Position numbers and translations under genes: made by a program | Notes under the pieces: generated by a model | Database searches by the model: none | Seen by the model: the letters and a program-made list of their open reading frames with translations, nothing else | Told to the model about the DNA's origin: nothing | Source: a virus | Taxonomy: Duplodnaviria > Caudoviricetes | Length of the DNA: 43,684 bases | Virus record (IMG/VR): IMGVR_UViG_3300042868_009174 | Location: 1 to 43,684 of that record | Strand: one strand, 5' to 3' | In this document: positions 27,901 to 37,189 of the stretch, one piece after another | How the letters are laid out: the number at the start of each line of letters is the position of its first letter | How positions within the stretch are numbered: position 1 is the stretch's first letter

Positions 27901-28785
27901 TTCATTGCTGTCTATTTCTACAGGCTTTCCCCAGTTCTCTGGATTCCAATAGCCATCGTTGTCCTTCTTTATTTTAGTTCCTTTCTTACTAATAGTCTTA
28001 GGCTCAAAGTCAAGTCCTGCTTGATAGTAGGACATCATTTTTCCACCATTCTTATAATAGGGAGTTTTTTTATATTCATCCTTTGTAGCATCGTAAGAAT
28101 ATGTAAAACTATCTTCAGGAATGGGTTTACCACTAGTAGTGGTAGCTTGTTTTGACAAATTAACAGGAAGAGTGGCAAATCTCCATCCATAATTCAAATT
28201 CTCCAATTCACCTTGTCCTTCTTTTCCTCCATAGAGAGTTTCTCTCATAGGAGTGCCTATTTCTGATTCATAATCTCTTAGTCCACGAATAGCTCCTATG
28301 TAGTCTTCATAAAATCCTTCTCTTTGTTTAGAGAGAGCAGTTTTAACTTCTTGAGGAGATAGATAGATGCTGATGGGATTTTGTTCCATGTATTCTCTCA
28401 TGGCAGGCATTCCTTTTTCACGAAGAGCTGCCACCCTACCTTTAGTCCATGCATCATATTTAGCAGGATCTTTTGCTCTCAGTAGAGGATTGAGAATATC
28501 TTTAGCACTTGCTATTGTTGCACTGAGTTTATATTTCCTATCAGGATCTGTGGGATCAGGAAGGATTTCCATTCCTTCTTCTGCACTAGCTTTTGTCTTC
28601 TTTGCGTATTTCCCATTACTAGGAGCTCCATTTCTACTGTACATATTTCCTGTGTTTCCGGGAAGCATTCCTCCCATTTGCATTGTTCCTCCCCATGCTC
28701 CATTATAATTGAAGCCTTTGTCTGTAAGTCCTCCCATGTAAGATTCTACAGAACCTCCTTGTTGCTTCTTTTTATTCTTTGCCAT
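24976..28785 (-). CDS. Putative cargo protein (1,269 aa), low complexity, with repeated xxGG-type motifs
   Basis: Met/Gly/Gln-rich and largely disordered. Recurring QQGG, QMGG, KNGG, KKGG, KDGG, AQxG motifs. Directly after the muzzle locus. Confidence 0.65.
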   Translation of the reverse strand: MAKNKKKQQGGSVESYMGGLTDKGFNYNGAWGGTMQMGGMLPGNTGNMYSRNGAPSNGKYAKKTKASAEEGMEILPDPTDPDRKYKLSATIASAKDILNPLLRAKDPAKYDAWTKGRVAALREKGMPAMREYMEQNPISIYLSPQEVKTALSKQREGFYEDYIGAIRGLRDYESEIGTPMRETLYGGKEGQGELENLNYGWRFATLPVNLSKQATTTSGKPIPEDSFTYSYDATKDEYKKTPYYKNGGKMMSYYQAGLDFEPKTISKKGTKIKKDNDGYWNPENWGKPVEIDSNEITMEGVYEPLLGISDTGDVQMMYPGEDYEFDGESVTEYPVAQAGRNINQLDEAPLQKLDDLLNFTNMGKKRNIKKGQMGIASVTPTTLDLSMNAAMATAPKKLPTTPPSFSDQVPQQYSPSPYATNTLQGFDAGSLGSSPLAKTVQNVQRVVKALEERKKAKVFKNVSEIVKEAATSKPDMPKRKYVRPEDNLLSPDQSSFQSFGTGYDILGMAREGMQIGGNLTEIQNMYNPGTLYDGLGYEPLEDSQMKQYKKGGRLPHAQTGMEMQAAMQVMDLGLGLQGAIPEAIINRKTKKWTEEGMQNMQQGAYNQSLANQFGSFMKDGGWVSNDWQPQVITKFGEHSMDQLLSPPNDAEMLRAGGNVRNMRANYMGDDERLSMMAMGGNLQTHWGGKGEVMSYNPYSPGSGETVMLRGQSHEETDGRGNSGIGMSYGGNMVEAERGEPVAEMQEGGAVGDTSAVVFGNMMIPSYGVSELGDDKSKGRKFKSYAADLSKNEAKQNKLVDKATKLIDDTDADSPFDLLKLNAGMAMLTGADMKLKELANKKKTLAGIQNAILDTAEEMGLESDALARGKFMQAKKGAKIPKGQSGIYTPTAQSLIDKLKVIEAQKNKPATPPLYIPTVTNLNNRLSQEDQVGRYAPLPDVVVTGKKKNVPASAPKTNKQTSSSKQATSKKSGPASVVPTREMATIDDASYLDALSPIANAPSTLSVPDENRFNFYSPNQEEKEKKQGFLDKYGDYIGAGYNELLPYIRPTNKLPLDPSQFMGEQLALATNTLEPVQAQTFKPMLETRAPKMSAQEALNKNQADFNALARQIGNNPAALSMLAAQKQAADRQTIAQVEATNIQQEMATNNRNIAMLNDASLKNLAILDTQYQRQAGAKANTKTQAQVALNSIASKIGQNKLENFQSGVMQNMYNYRFGPQGRIINYNPLAQFNIPTVGEIDEESAKAIEKKTGKKPVKKNGSIVKAIKNL

Positions 28786-29651
28786 TATTTGTAAGATATT
28801 TGAGCAGGTGCGTAAATAAATTGTGATGTGAGATGGATGTCAGAGCGATTGTCAAGAATATGTCTCACCTTTAATTCTTTGGCTCTGAGAGGTTCTTTCT
28901 TAAATGATCTCTTGGAATAGTCCATATTAACTTGATTGACAATCTTGTCTATGGACATTGATTCACATGTGGTTGTGAAAAGAGGAATTGATTTGTTCTT
29001 TATAAGAGACCAGAAAGTGTTGTATTGATAGAAATTGTCTGACTTGGTGAAAGTTATTGTTTTGCTGTCATTCTCGTATATAGGATATTTCATGTAGTCT
29101 TGCAGATTCCTTTTTGGTTTAGGAGCAAGCTTGAGAACACCTGAGCTTTGTTGTCCATTATACAAAACAGCTTTGTTGAAATAGTATTCATCTGTTTCCA
29201 CTTTCCTGCTGTCATCAAATACACCAAGTACACTAGGAAGGTATTGATACACTTTCGTGTAGTCTTTTACATTCTGAAGAATTTCATCATGATATTGATA
29301 TGCAAAAGGATATTCAATGATGTAAGGATTGACACATCCGTAGAAGTTGTTATAGATGGTGGGGTTTGTAAGATGTCTCCAAATAGACCCTGTATTATGA
29401 AACTTGAACTGAATACTTGCAAGTTGTTGCATTGTCAGTTGCTCTATGGGAAACATCCATGACTTACCACAACACTTAGTTCCAGTGGAAGTGACAATAA
29501 TAACATTGACAGCATCACTCACACTGAATGATAGTCCATCAATCAATTGTTGTCTTGTTACATCAGAAGCAAGTGTATTCCCCAAATCGTCTGATATGGA
29601 GAACACACTTGTTCTATTTCCTGCCTTCTTAAGTTTTAATGTGATAGTCAT
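28785..29651 (-). CDS. C-terminal part of the split muzzle/tail-stabilisation protein, capped by a small beta-domain
   Basis: IWRHLTN...YNNFYG...PYIIEY and FNKAVLYNGQQSSG resemble what normally follows the WISFHSY motif in crAss muzzle proteins (from recall). The first ~70 aa are paralogous to the N-terminus of ORF 29662-30201. Confidence 0.7.
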   Translation of the reverse strand: MTITLKLKKAGNRTSVFSISDDLGNTLASDVTRQQLIDGLSFSVSDAVNVIIVTSTGTKCCGKSWMFPIEQLTMQQLASIQFKFHNTGSIWRHLTNPTIYNNFYGCVNPYIIEYPFAYQYHDEILQNVKDYTKVYQYLPSVLGVFDDSRKVETDEYYFNKAVLYNGQQSSGVLKLAPKPKRNLQDYMKYPIYENDSKTITFTKSDNFYQYNTFWSLIKNKSIPLFTTTCESMSIDKIVNQVNMDYSKRSFKKEPLRAKELKVRHILDNRSDIHLTSQFIYAPAQISYK

Positions 29652-29661
29652 TTCTTATTCA

Positions 29662-30201
29662 TTAAGGACATGTACAACTTGCAGCACTATAAGTGATTTC
29701 AGATATTACAGCACCAGATTCACCCGGAGCTGCAATTAATGAATTAAGAATAAGACATGTATCAATTGATTGATATCCTATTTCCACTCCAAGCTCCACC
29801 AAAGTTCCTCCACAACAAGCTGTATATCTTACAATACCAGCTTGTGTTACATTAAAGAATACTTGTTGAACACACGCAAGCCTTGATGTAGTAGATGTAG
29901 AAGATGTAGAAGATGTGCTACTAGAGCTTGTACTACTTGTACTACTACTACTTGTTGTAGATGTTGTGGCAGATGTACCTACAATAGGAAGTGTTATAGA
30001 ATTTGTACATGTTCCCTTTGATACTATCTTTATCAATGTTGCAGCATTAGGAACAGCATATGATGTATATCCTGCTGTCAATGCAGCTTTTGAAATGTTA
30101 ATTGCAAAAGGAGATGTATATCCATCAGCATCAGAATACAGATCAAAAGGACCTGTATCTGTTCCTGCTATTGTTAATGTTATCAATACTGTTTGTGCCA
30201 T
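29662..30201 (-). CDS. Small modular virion protein: beta-domain, S/T linker, Cys-rich module
   Basis: MAQTVLITLTIAGTDTGPFDLYSD domain, an S/T tract of about 30 residues, then a YTACCGG...C module. Confidence 0.8.
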   Translation of the reverse strand: MAQTVLITLTIAGTDTGPFDLYSDADGYTSPFAINISKAALTAGYTSYAVPNAATLIKIVSKGTCTNSITLPIVGTSATTSTTSSSSTSSTSSSSTSSTSSTSTTSRLACVQQVFFNVTQAGIVRYTACCGGTLVELGVEIGYQSIDTCLILNSLIAAPGESGAVISEITYSAASCTCP

Positions 30202-30204
30202 TTA

Positions 30205-33200
30205 TTATGGTATTGTTGTTGTTGTAGATGTTGTTGGAATACATTCTGTGCAGTTATTGTTATCATTACAATTTGTTCCACAAGAACTAACTGTAACATT
30301 ACTTCCCGGAATAGGAGGATAAGAAGAATTAGAACACACATATGCAATCTCTGTTTCATTGAATAGATATGCAACGTAGTCAATTGATCCACATGGTACA
30401 TACAAGAACTCACTTCCTCCTCCCGGATTCTCAAGTTTATAACACACACAACCCGGATTTAGTGTAGTTGATGTACTACTTGTTGATGTACTACTTGATG
30501 TACTAGAGGATGTAGATGTAGTGGTGGTGGGTAGGCAAGATGTACATGTACCACTTGATGTACAAGGCACTCCACAATTATAAACATTCACCCCTGCTAC
30601 AAATATGTAAGGAGATGTAGCATTCAAACAAGCATTATACACTTCACCTGCGCCAATATCATATGCAGTGTAGAAGCTGTCACCACAATATCTCAGAGAT
30701 ATTGATATTGGTGATGCTGTAGTGTTTTCAAATGTGAAGCACTTACAATCCAAGACAGTGGTTGTGGTGGACGTTGTGGAACTACTTGTAGATGTACTTG
30801 TTGACGTAGAAGATGTTGTGCTTGTAGAAGTGGAAGATGTAGATGTAGAGCTAGTGGAAGATGTTGATGTGGAAGATGTTGATGTGGAAGATGTTGAAGA
30901 AGATGTAGATGTGGTTGTTGAAGGCGTATAACAAGAGCATATCTCTGTAGGACCTTCATCACTAATTCTTGTATGCGGTTTGTTTACATCAAAACATATT
31001 ACATTACCAAGAGAACCACTTCCTGTTACAAATGTTCCATCACACTCATAGTAGCTATATGTACCAGTGGATGCAATTGTTCCTATGTGACATTCACATG
31101 GTAGAGCAAGTGTAGTGGTAGTGGATGTAGTTGAGCTTGATGTAGAAGATGTGCTTGTTGAGCTTGTACTAGATGTTGATGTACTGCTTGTAGATGAAGA
31201 AGACGTAGAGGAAGTTGTAGACGTAGTGGTAGAAGGAACATATATTGCAGAACCACCAAGAGAACAATTTGCTGCTCTTGCTTGACCACCAAGCAGACAA
31301 TTAGGAATATAGATGGTTGTTGTAGACGTTGATGTAATAGGAGGTTGTTTAGCCACCACCAAATCAATATCACAACTTTCATTAATACCAGAATAGAAGA
31401 AATTGTTTTCTCCTATGTACCAATTAGGAATATAGCTATGGAAACTTATCCAACTCTTTGTGTTGAAGTTGAATGAAATTGTCCAAGACTTGTTACAGAA
31501 ATAATCAAGGTCTGTGAGATTTACAATCTTTCTCAAAGAGCCATTCTGAATATAGAACTCTTCAGAGCTAGCATCATATTTTATATCTTTTGACAGAGGA
31601 ATGTAATCAAGTTTTGTGATTATGATTCTGTCATATTTGCTGTCAAATACACCATGTAGTCCTACACCGTTAAAGTGATTGTCTACATTTACATCAGGGA
31701 AATACCTGAGGATTTCAAATGCTAAGTGGTCTGTCATAAACCTGTTGACACCACTTCCAAATCCTGTAAGTTCTTCAATAGCTGTACCTGATATCAAGAA
31801 TATCTGACCCCTCTTAGCATCAATTGTCACTTGTCCTTGAGGTATCTTCAGAAGCATTTTGTGTTGACTTCCTACATATCCCAAATCAGTTTCTGCAAAA
31901 TCAACAGGAGGACTGCTTCTGAATAATGTATCATTACCAAGGTAGGCAGCTTGAGGATTGCTTGTTTCAACAGTGAGAAGAGTGTTGTACAGCAAAGACT
32001 TGTTTTCAAATCTCGCAAGAATAGCTCTGTTTTGAATACCATCAAGAGATGTCAGCTTTCCATAGTTCTGAGGGAAATCAAAGAAACTAATTGGTCTATA
32101 TATCAACCAACTATTAATCCTGTTATCAGAGAAACTTTGTTGTCTGTCAGAATAAATAGCTCTAAAAGGAAAATTAGTGTAGCACAATTGCTCCACCCAA
32201 TCTACAGGGAGATGGGAGAAGAATGTTTCCTCATTCTGTTTAGAGAATCCTACATTGTAATAATAAGTGTTATCAAGAGCAATGGGAACATTCGATTGTT
32301 GTAACCAATCATCAGGTACACCTGAGCTCACGCGAGGCCAAAAGTCTCCTTCTCTATTATTAAATGCTTGTCTAAGGTCAACATTTACCGTAGACTCACA
32401 ATAGAAATAAGGAATACCATAAGCATACAGATACATTTTTCCATCATAGAAAGTCCTTCCCGGATTAGGTTCTGATGCTGTAGAAGGAGGAAACTGACTA
32501 TTAGGACAATCAAAGTTGTGAGCTTTGATGGATATAATATTCCTTAACTCATTAAGACCAACAGTTGTTGGATTAAAATCATAAAGAATTGATCTTGAAG
32601 AAAACCAATATTTAGGATAGGCAATATTTCCTATTTCATCATAGAATACATCACTATCATCAGGAGCTCCCACCCTATCATCAATGAAGAAAGGGAGCTT
32701 TGTCTTAAATGCAAACTTATTAATAAATGTGTCCCCACCAAATATTGTAGTGGAAGAAGTATTGTTTAAATTAACTTGATATCCAGTGTCAATTGTCTGG
32801 TAGGAGTACATTTGCCCCCACTGATTAGGAAATATTGATTTTATAGATGCATAGTATGAAACTGTCTTAATGTCACTAAGTTGCTCAGGTGTAGAACATA
32901 ATGACCTGTCAGACAATGTATATCTTGATTCATCACTAATTATAGGAGATGTACCAAATAAAAGATTGGGAGTTTGAGAAGGAGCAGGAAGAAATGTCTT
33001 GTTTACATCTGTTCTCAGATATACAGAAGACTCTCTGCTAAAGTTATTTATATCATGAGTGTCTCTTACATTCTGTACACCGGGGAACAGATATTGAGCA
33101 ATGTCAAGAGACCTTTGCTTTATACCAAGATCGTTGTCTACATTTGCATAGTAGTCATAGCTTGCAATTGTATTAAAGGAATAGGCATAGTTTCTTCTTG

Positions 33201-35742
33201 TTATTCCATTAATAAATGTTGTAAGATAGGCTTGATATGCAGTGAACATTGCTGTAGGGTCTCCACCACTAACATCTTCACTTGATATCAAAGCATCATA
33301 TTGTGCTTCGTAAGAAAGAAGTTTATAAAGAGCATGTTCTCTCACCTGTACATGATGACCTCTTCCTGCACCAAATACTACATTCTCAATCTTCAAAATA
33401 TCTCCAAGGAAAGGGGAACCAAATGATGTATCAGGAGAATTAAATACATTTCTGTATTTATAGTCATCGTCTTTGAAAGCATTAAGTTGAGGAGGAAGAC
33501 AGAAATTATTTCCTCCTACAGTACCGTCAGAAAGTTGTCTTATTGTATATCCTCCAATATGAAATCCTACAGAAGGGACAGTGCCAAGTTGTACTTGAAG
33601 AGTTCTATTCTGTCTTGTACCAAGTGTAAAAGATTGTACAGTTCCATTTATATCTGTATATGAGAAAGTAGCAATGATGCCATCACATGATACATAATAT
33701 GTGTCATATTTAACAGGAATGGGAGCAGATGAGAATGTTCCTTCAAGAGCTGTAGGCTTTGTAATAGAACACACTTCATAAGTGACACCTGTAAGCATTT
33801 GAGCACTCGCTGTTTCTCCAGTGAAACAATCTGTGTATTCATATAAGCCTGATGTTCCACATATAAATCTAAATGTAAGACATTCTAAATTGAAAGCATT
33901 GCTCTTTTCAAGAAGGAATGGGTCTTCTCTCAAGTCATTGTAAGGATAGTTGGGGAAGAAATATTCTGTTCCTTCTCTCTCATATTTTCCTACATTTCTG
34001 AGAATACCTTTAGCAATAACAGACTTATTTGTAGACCTGTCACCTCTCACTATCTTGAATCCTGCAATATTGTTCTTCTCTTGAGAAGTGAGGTCTGATG
34101 TACCAATTAGTGAAAGCACTTGACTTACATCAATCTTTACACCTATTGGGAACACACTTCTGTCTTGCATTACAACAGAAATGTTTGGAGCAATTGTATA
34201 TGACCCACTCTCAAATATAGGACTCACTCTTACATCAGGAAACTTATGGTGTCTGATAGGAGTGTTTGCAAGTTCTCCCCACACATCTTCATTACAAGGA
34301 TAGAGGTCAGTAGATTCCCAATATGCAAACTCTCCATATTCATGAGGAGTGGCACTATTGATATTGGGTCCTGAAGCTGCTCCTGTTACAGAAGCAGTGT
34401 TATATATCTTCCAATAAGGAGCAAATCCTACACCACCTGATGTATAATCAGGAGTGCCAATAAAGTCAGGGTTGGTGTCAGGAACATCAGGTTTTGTATA
34501 TTCGTTAGAATTCTTTGCTCTACTGGGGATGTGAAATCCATCTGTTTGTTTACCATTCTTGAGAAGGAATACAATTTCAAAAGCATACACCTCATCTCTC
34601 ATATACCCTCTCAGATTTGTGGCATTCAGTTCATCTGAATAATCCTCATCAGCAGGGAGTTTATATGTTTGCCAGTTTAGGTCAATTTGATTGGCAATCT
34701 TTTGATAATTGATTCTATCAATAGATGTAAGGTTGTCCCATACAAGAACATCTTGCACAGCTGTAAGGTCTTGTGCAATCTCATAATAAGGAAACCTTTC
34801 AAATATATCGTTGAGGGTGAGATTAATTTGTGCTTGATTCTGCCCTGTATATGTAATAGACCTTGTACTGTCATCAATGAAATATGTTCCTACAAGCTGT
34901 ACAGAAGTTTCATTGTTAATAGTCTTGATTACAGCAAGGTTGAAATACTGAAAATACCCTGTAATGTCTATGTCATTAATGTCTAAAATGATGGCTCTTC
35001 CTACAGGATAGTTGAGATCAGGAGTGACAATATCAGGATTTGCAATAGGTGTAGGATTGGTTACAGAGTAGTAGGAAGTGTACCCATTACCTGAAGCATC
35101 ACAATACTGAATTGTAAACTGATAGGTTCCTGCAATCAGGTTTCCTATATTTGTCACCTCTCTTACATTCAAAGAAGGAATTGCAAAGTCAGGCTGTACG
35201 TTGAGCTTGTTACAATCAATCTCATCTATTGTCTCATTATCACAAACATTTGTCCCCGGTCTAATCTTCTTAACACTTGACAAATCATCTATGTCAAGAT
35301 ATCTACGAGGATTGAGTCCATCTGTCCAATATATCTCTGTTGTACAATTGGTTATCTTGTGTACACTCTTGTGTATAGGATGATTGATGTTGAAATTAAG
35401 ACATTCTGCATTTATGTATGTTTTGTAAATGCAGTCATTATTATCCATATACCCAATCTCACTTTCTCCTGTTTCAGGATGAATGAGAAAGAATATGTGT
35501 TTGTTCTTTTCATTTATGAAATGCGTACCTATCAGAATAAATCCATCAGGGAAATTGACACAAAGCTCATTAGCAGGTTCATTCTGATAATTAACACCAT
35601 TAGCATCGAAATTCTCAACCGCTGCATTAAGGGCATAAGTGAGCTGTCCCTTCTTAACCTGATTAAGGGTTTGGTCCATATTAAGACCAGAAACAGCAGC
35701 GTTATTTTCCTGCCTTATGTTTGATTGTTGTTCGTCAGCCAT
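30205..35742 (-). CDS. Muzzle/tail-stabilisation protein, N-terminal major part, with inserted and C-terminal Cys-rich and Ser/Thr-rich modules
   Basis: GLNMD start, IYWTDGLNPRRY, GYMRDEVYAF, IRHHKFP, FGGDTFI and SWISFHSY motifs. Position after the ring gene. The last ~380 aa are S/T tracts and Cys modules. Confidence 0.85.
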   Translation of the reverse strand: MADEQQSNIRQENNAAVSGLNMDQTLNQVKKGQLTYALNAAVENFDANGVNYQNEPANELCVNFPDGFILIGTHFINEKNKHIFFLIHPETGESEIGYMDNNDCIYKTYINAECLNFNINHPIHKSVHKITNCTTEIYWTDGLNPRRYLDIDDLSSVKKIRPGTNVCDNETIDEIDCNKLNVQPDFAIPSLNVREVTNIGNLIAGTYQFTIQYCDASGNGYTSYYSVTNPTPIANPDIVTPDLNYPVGRAIILDINDIDITGYFQYFNLAVIKTINNETSVQLVGTYFIDDSTRSITYTGQNQAQINLTLNDIFERFPYYEIAQDLTAVQDVLVWDNLTSIDRINYQKIANQIDLNWQTYKLPADEDYSDELNATNLRGYMRDEVYAFEIVFLLKNGKQTDGFHIPSRAKNSNEYTKPDVPDTNPDFIGTPDYTSGGVGFAPYWKIYNTASVTGAASGPNINSATPHEYGEFAYWESTDLYPCNEDVWGELANTPIRHHKFPDVRVSPIFESGSYTIAPNISVVMQDRSVFPIGVKIDVSQVLSLIGTSDLTSQEKNNIAGFKIVRGDRSTNKSVIAKGILRNVGKYEREGTEYFFPNYPYNDLREDPFLLEKSNAFNLECLTFRFICGTSGLYEYTDCFTGETASAQMLTGVTYEVCSITKPTALEGTFSSAPIPVKYDTYYVSCDGIIATFSYTDINGTVQSFTLGTRQNRTLQVQLGTVPSVGFHIGGYTIRQLSDGTVGGNNFCLPPQLNAFKDDDYKYRNVFNSPDTSFGSPFLGDILKIENVVFGAGRGHHVQVREHALYKLLSYEAQYDALISSEDVSGGDPTAMFTAYQAYLTTFINGITRRNYAYSFNTIASYDYYANVDNDLGIKQRSLDIAQYLFPGVQNVRDTHDINNFSRESSVYLRTDVNKTFLPAPSQTPNLLFGTSPIISDESRYTLSDRSLCSTPEQLSDIKTVSYYASIKSIFPNQWGQMYSYQTIDTGYQVNLNNTSSTTIFGGDTFINKFAFKTKLPFFIDDRVGAPDDSDVFYDEIGNIAYPKYWFSSRSILYDFNPTTVGLNELRNIISIKAHNFDCPNSQFPPSTASEPNPGRTFYDGKMYLYAYGIPYFYCESTVNVDLRQAFNNREGDFWPRVSSGVPDDWLQQSNVPIALDNTYYYNVGFSKQNEETFFSHLPVDWVEQLCYTNFPFRAIYSDRQQSFSDNRINSWLIYRPISFFDFPQNYGKLTSLDGIQNRAILARFENKSLLYNTLLTVETSNPQAAYLGNDTLFRSSPPVDFAETDLGYVGSQHKMLLKIPQGQVTIDAKRGQIFLISGTAIEELTGFGSGVNRFMTDHLAFEILRYFPDVNVDNHFNGVGLHGVFDSKYDRIIITKLDYIPLSKDIKYDASSEEFYIQNGSLRKIVNLTDLDYFCNKSWTISFNFNTKSWISFHSYIPNWYIGENNFFYSGINESCDIDLVVAKQPPITSTSTTTIYIPNCLLGGQARAANCSLGGSAIYVPSTTTSTTSSTSSSSTSSTSTSSTSSTSTSSTSSSTTSTTTTLALPCECHIGTIASTGTYSYYECDGTFVTGSGSLGNVICFDVNKPHTRISDEGPTEICSCYTPSTTTSTSSSTSSTSTSSTSTSSTSSTSTSSTSTSTTSSTSTSTSTSSSTTSTTTTVLDCKCFTFENTTASPISISLRYCGDSFYTAYDIGAGEVYNACLNATSPYIFVAGVNVYNCGVPCTSSGTCTSCLPTTTTSTSSSTSSSTSTSSTSTTLNPGCVCYKLENPGGGSEFLYVPCGSIDYVAYLFNETEIAYVCSNSSYPPIPGSNVTVSSCGTNCNDNNNCTECIPTTSTTTTIP
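30211..31336 (-). repeat. Array of Ser/Thr-coding low-complexity tracts
   Basis: Degenerate gatgta/gaagat/gtagtg repeats on the + strand at about 30211-30236, 30462-30531, 30757-30923, 31110-31233 and 31316-31336. Similar tracts at about 78-213, 29884-29969 and 41490-41547. Confidence 0.9.
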
Positions 35743-35744
35743 TG

Positions 35745-36707
35745 TTAGTTATTTCTACGCCAATTTCTAGAAACTCTGTTAGGAAGTTCGTACATGTTAA
35801 ACCTGTTGAGGTCTTGTTTGATTCTTCTCTGTTTAGCCCAAACATCTTGCTTCTTAATCTCAATATCAGCCATGATGAATGCCTCTTCAGAAAGCTGCTT
35901 GTAATATCCAAGCTTCTTCTGAAGTTGGTCAAAGGTTTCATCATTTATCTGATTAGCAAGTGTTTCAAACACTTTGTATTTGATGAATGCTTCAATGTAT
36001 TCTCTTATACGGAAGTTGTCAGGAACCATTTGATTACCACTTCCATCAAACTCATAAGCATAGAAAATAAGATGTACAATTCCATTTCTGAAATTGGTTA
36101 CAAACTTATTGTCTCTAATGTCAAAGCTATCATATCCTGCACTTCCGGGGGTAAATTCATGTAATAGAGGATTTGTAGGTGTGAATCTCCATGCATCTGT
36201 ATAATCCACATCACACTTATTCCTTGCAGAAATGTTTCCCGGCTTAAGCAAATATGACTTCTTATATGATCTTGTCATTTGATGATTGGTCTTATATACA
36301 GCCTGAATTAAATCAGGCATACATGTACAATTATCAGGAGGACAATTAGATGTACAAGGAACGCCATTTGAAATGACAGGACTCACCTGAATGGTGTTCT
36401 CTGTTGCTGCTTGAGAATAGAATGAGTTAGCTGTCTGATAGGGATATTGAGGAATCTCTGTACACATCCATGCTTCTCTTACAGCATAAAAGTTATCAGG
36501 AAGCCTTGCCTCAAAGTCTTGAATCTCAAGAGGTGTTTCAGAGATGACATAAGTGGTTCTTCCCAACTTTCTCAGACATTTGTCAAGATAGGTGGGGAAC
36601 ATTAAATCATCAACAGCTCCTGTGTCAAAGTAGCTTTTAAGCTCTTCCTTGACAGTGGAATACACCATCTCAGGACTGATGAAATCATATTTAAAATAGT
36701 ATGACAT
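35745..36707 (-). CDS. Tail tubular/ring protein
   Basis: Immediately upstream of the muzzle gene. Motifs ARLPDNF and MVPDN..IREYIEAFIKYK fit crAss tail tubular proteins (recall plus synteny). Confidence 0.7.
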   Translation of the reverse strand: MSYYFKYDFISPEMVYSTVKEELKSYFDTGAVDDLMFPTYLDKCLRKLGRTTYVISETPLEIQDFEARLPDNFYAVREAWMCTEIPQYPYQTANSFYSQAATENTIQVSPVISNGVPCTSNCPPDNCTCMPDLIQAVYKTNHQMTRSYKKSYLLKPGNISARNKCDVDYTDAWRFTPTNPLLHEFTPGSAGYDSFDIRDNKFVTNFRNGIVHLIFYAYEFDGSGNQMVPDNFRIREYIEAFIKYKVFETLANQINDETFDQLQKKLGYYKQLSEEAFIMADIEIKKQDVWAKQRRIKQDLNRFNMYELPNRVSRNWRRNN

Positions 36708-36710
36708 GTT

Positions 36711-37187
36711 TTAGATTTTCCAAGTGCGATAAATGTGTTGGTATTTATCGTTGGTTTGGATGTAATGAGCTAAGAGTCTTGATGTCACTCTTGTAGGCTT
36801 GAAATACCAAAGGTCACTATGCTTGAATCTGGTTGATTCTTTAAACCACACCCAACCAAAGAAATAGCCCTCTGTATGATAGTTGAAGTTGTAAATGATC
36901 TTCCCTTTCTCTTTGGTCTTTTTCCAATCAACAGCAAGATTGATGAATTCGTCATTAGGACCTTTCATCTTTCTTCTCTTCTTTTTGTTGATGGTAAACT
37001 CTCCAAGTCCGTAGGGAAGCTTTGCTCTTTCTCCAGTTTCAAGTATGTAGTTTCTGAAACTGTCGTTAAATGAGTAGAGAATGTTTCTCCACTCGTCAAA
37101 TGTAAGAGATATAGAAGGATGTTTCTTACAAAAGTCGTTATAGTTCTCTCTGCTTGCTGTTCTAAATTCTATCGCTCTCCTCGGCAT
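36711..37187 (-). CDS. IHF/HU-like DNA-binding protein of the crAss structural module
   Basis: Basic protein with ILETGERAKLPYGLGEFTINKKK, resembling the HU beta-arm entry, followed by VDWKKTKE. ATG at 37187 preferred. Confidence 0.7.
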   Translation of the reverse strand: MPRRAIEFRTASRENYNDFCKKHPSISLTFDEWRNILYSFNDSFRNYILETGERAKLPYGLGEFTINKKKRRKMKGPNDEFINLAVDWKKTKEKGKIIYNFNYHTEGYFFGWVWFKESTRFKHSDLWYFKPTRVTSRLLAHYIQTNDKYQHIYRTWKI

Positions 37188-37189
37188 AA

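Noticed and set aside
30199-30207. In-frame read-through from the muzzle into the 179-aa ORF
   Set aside because: The frames do match, but two consecutive TAA stops separate them. This more likely records a past fission than programmed read-through.
30211-31336. CRISPR array or DGR variable/template repeats
   Set aside because: The repeats are degenerate codon-level S/T runs with no constant repeat-spacer period, no adenine-specific repeat pair and no reverse transcriptase in the window.
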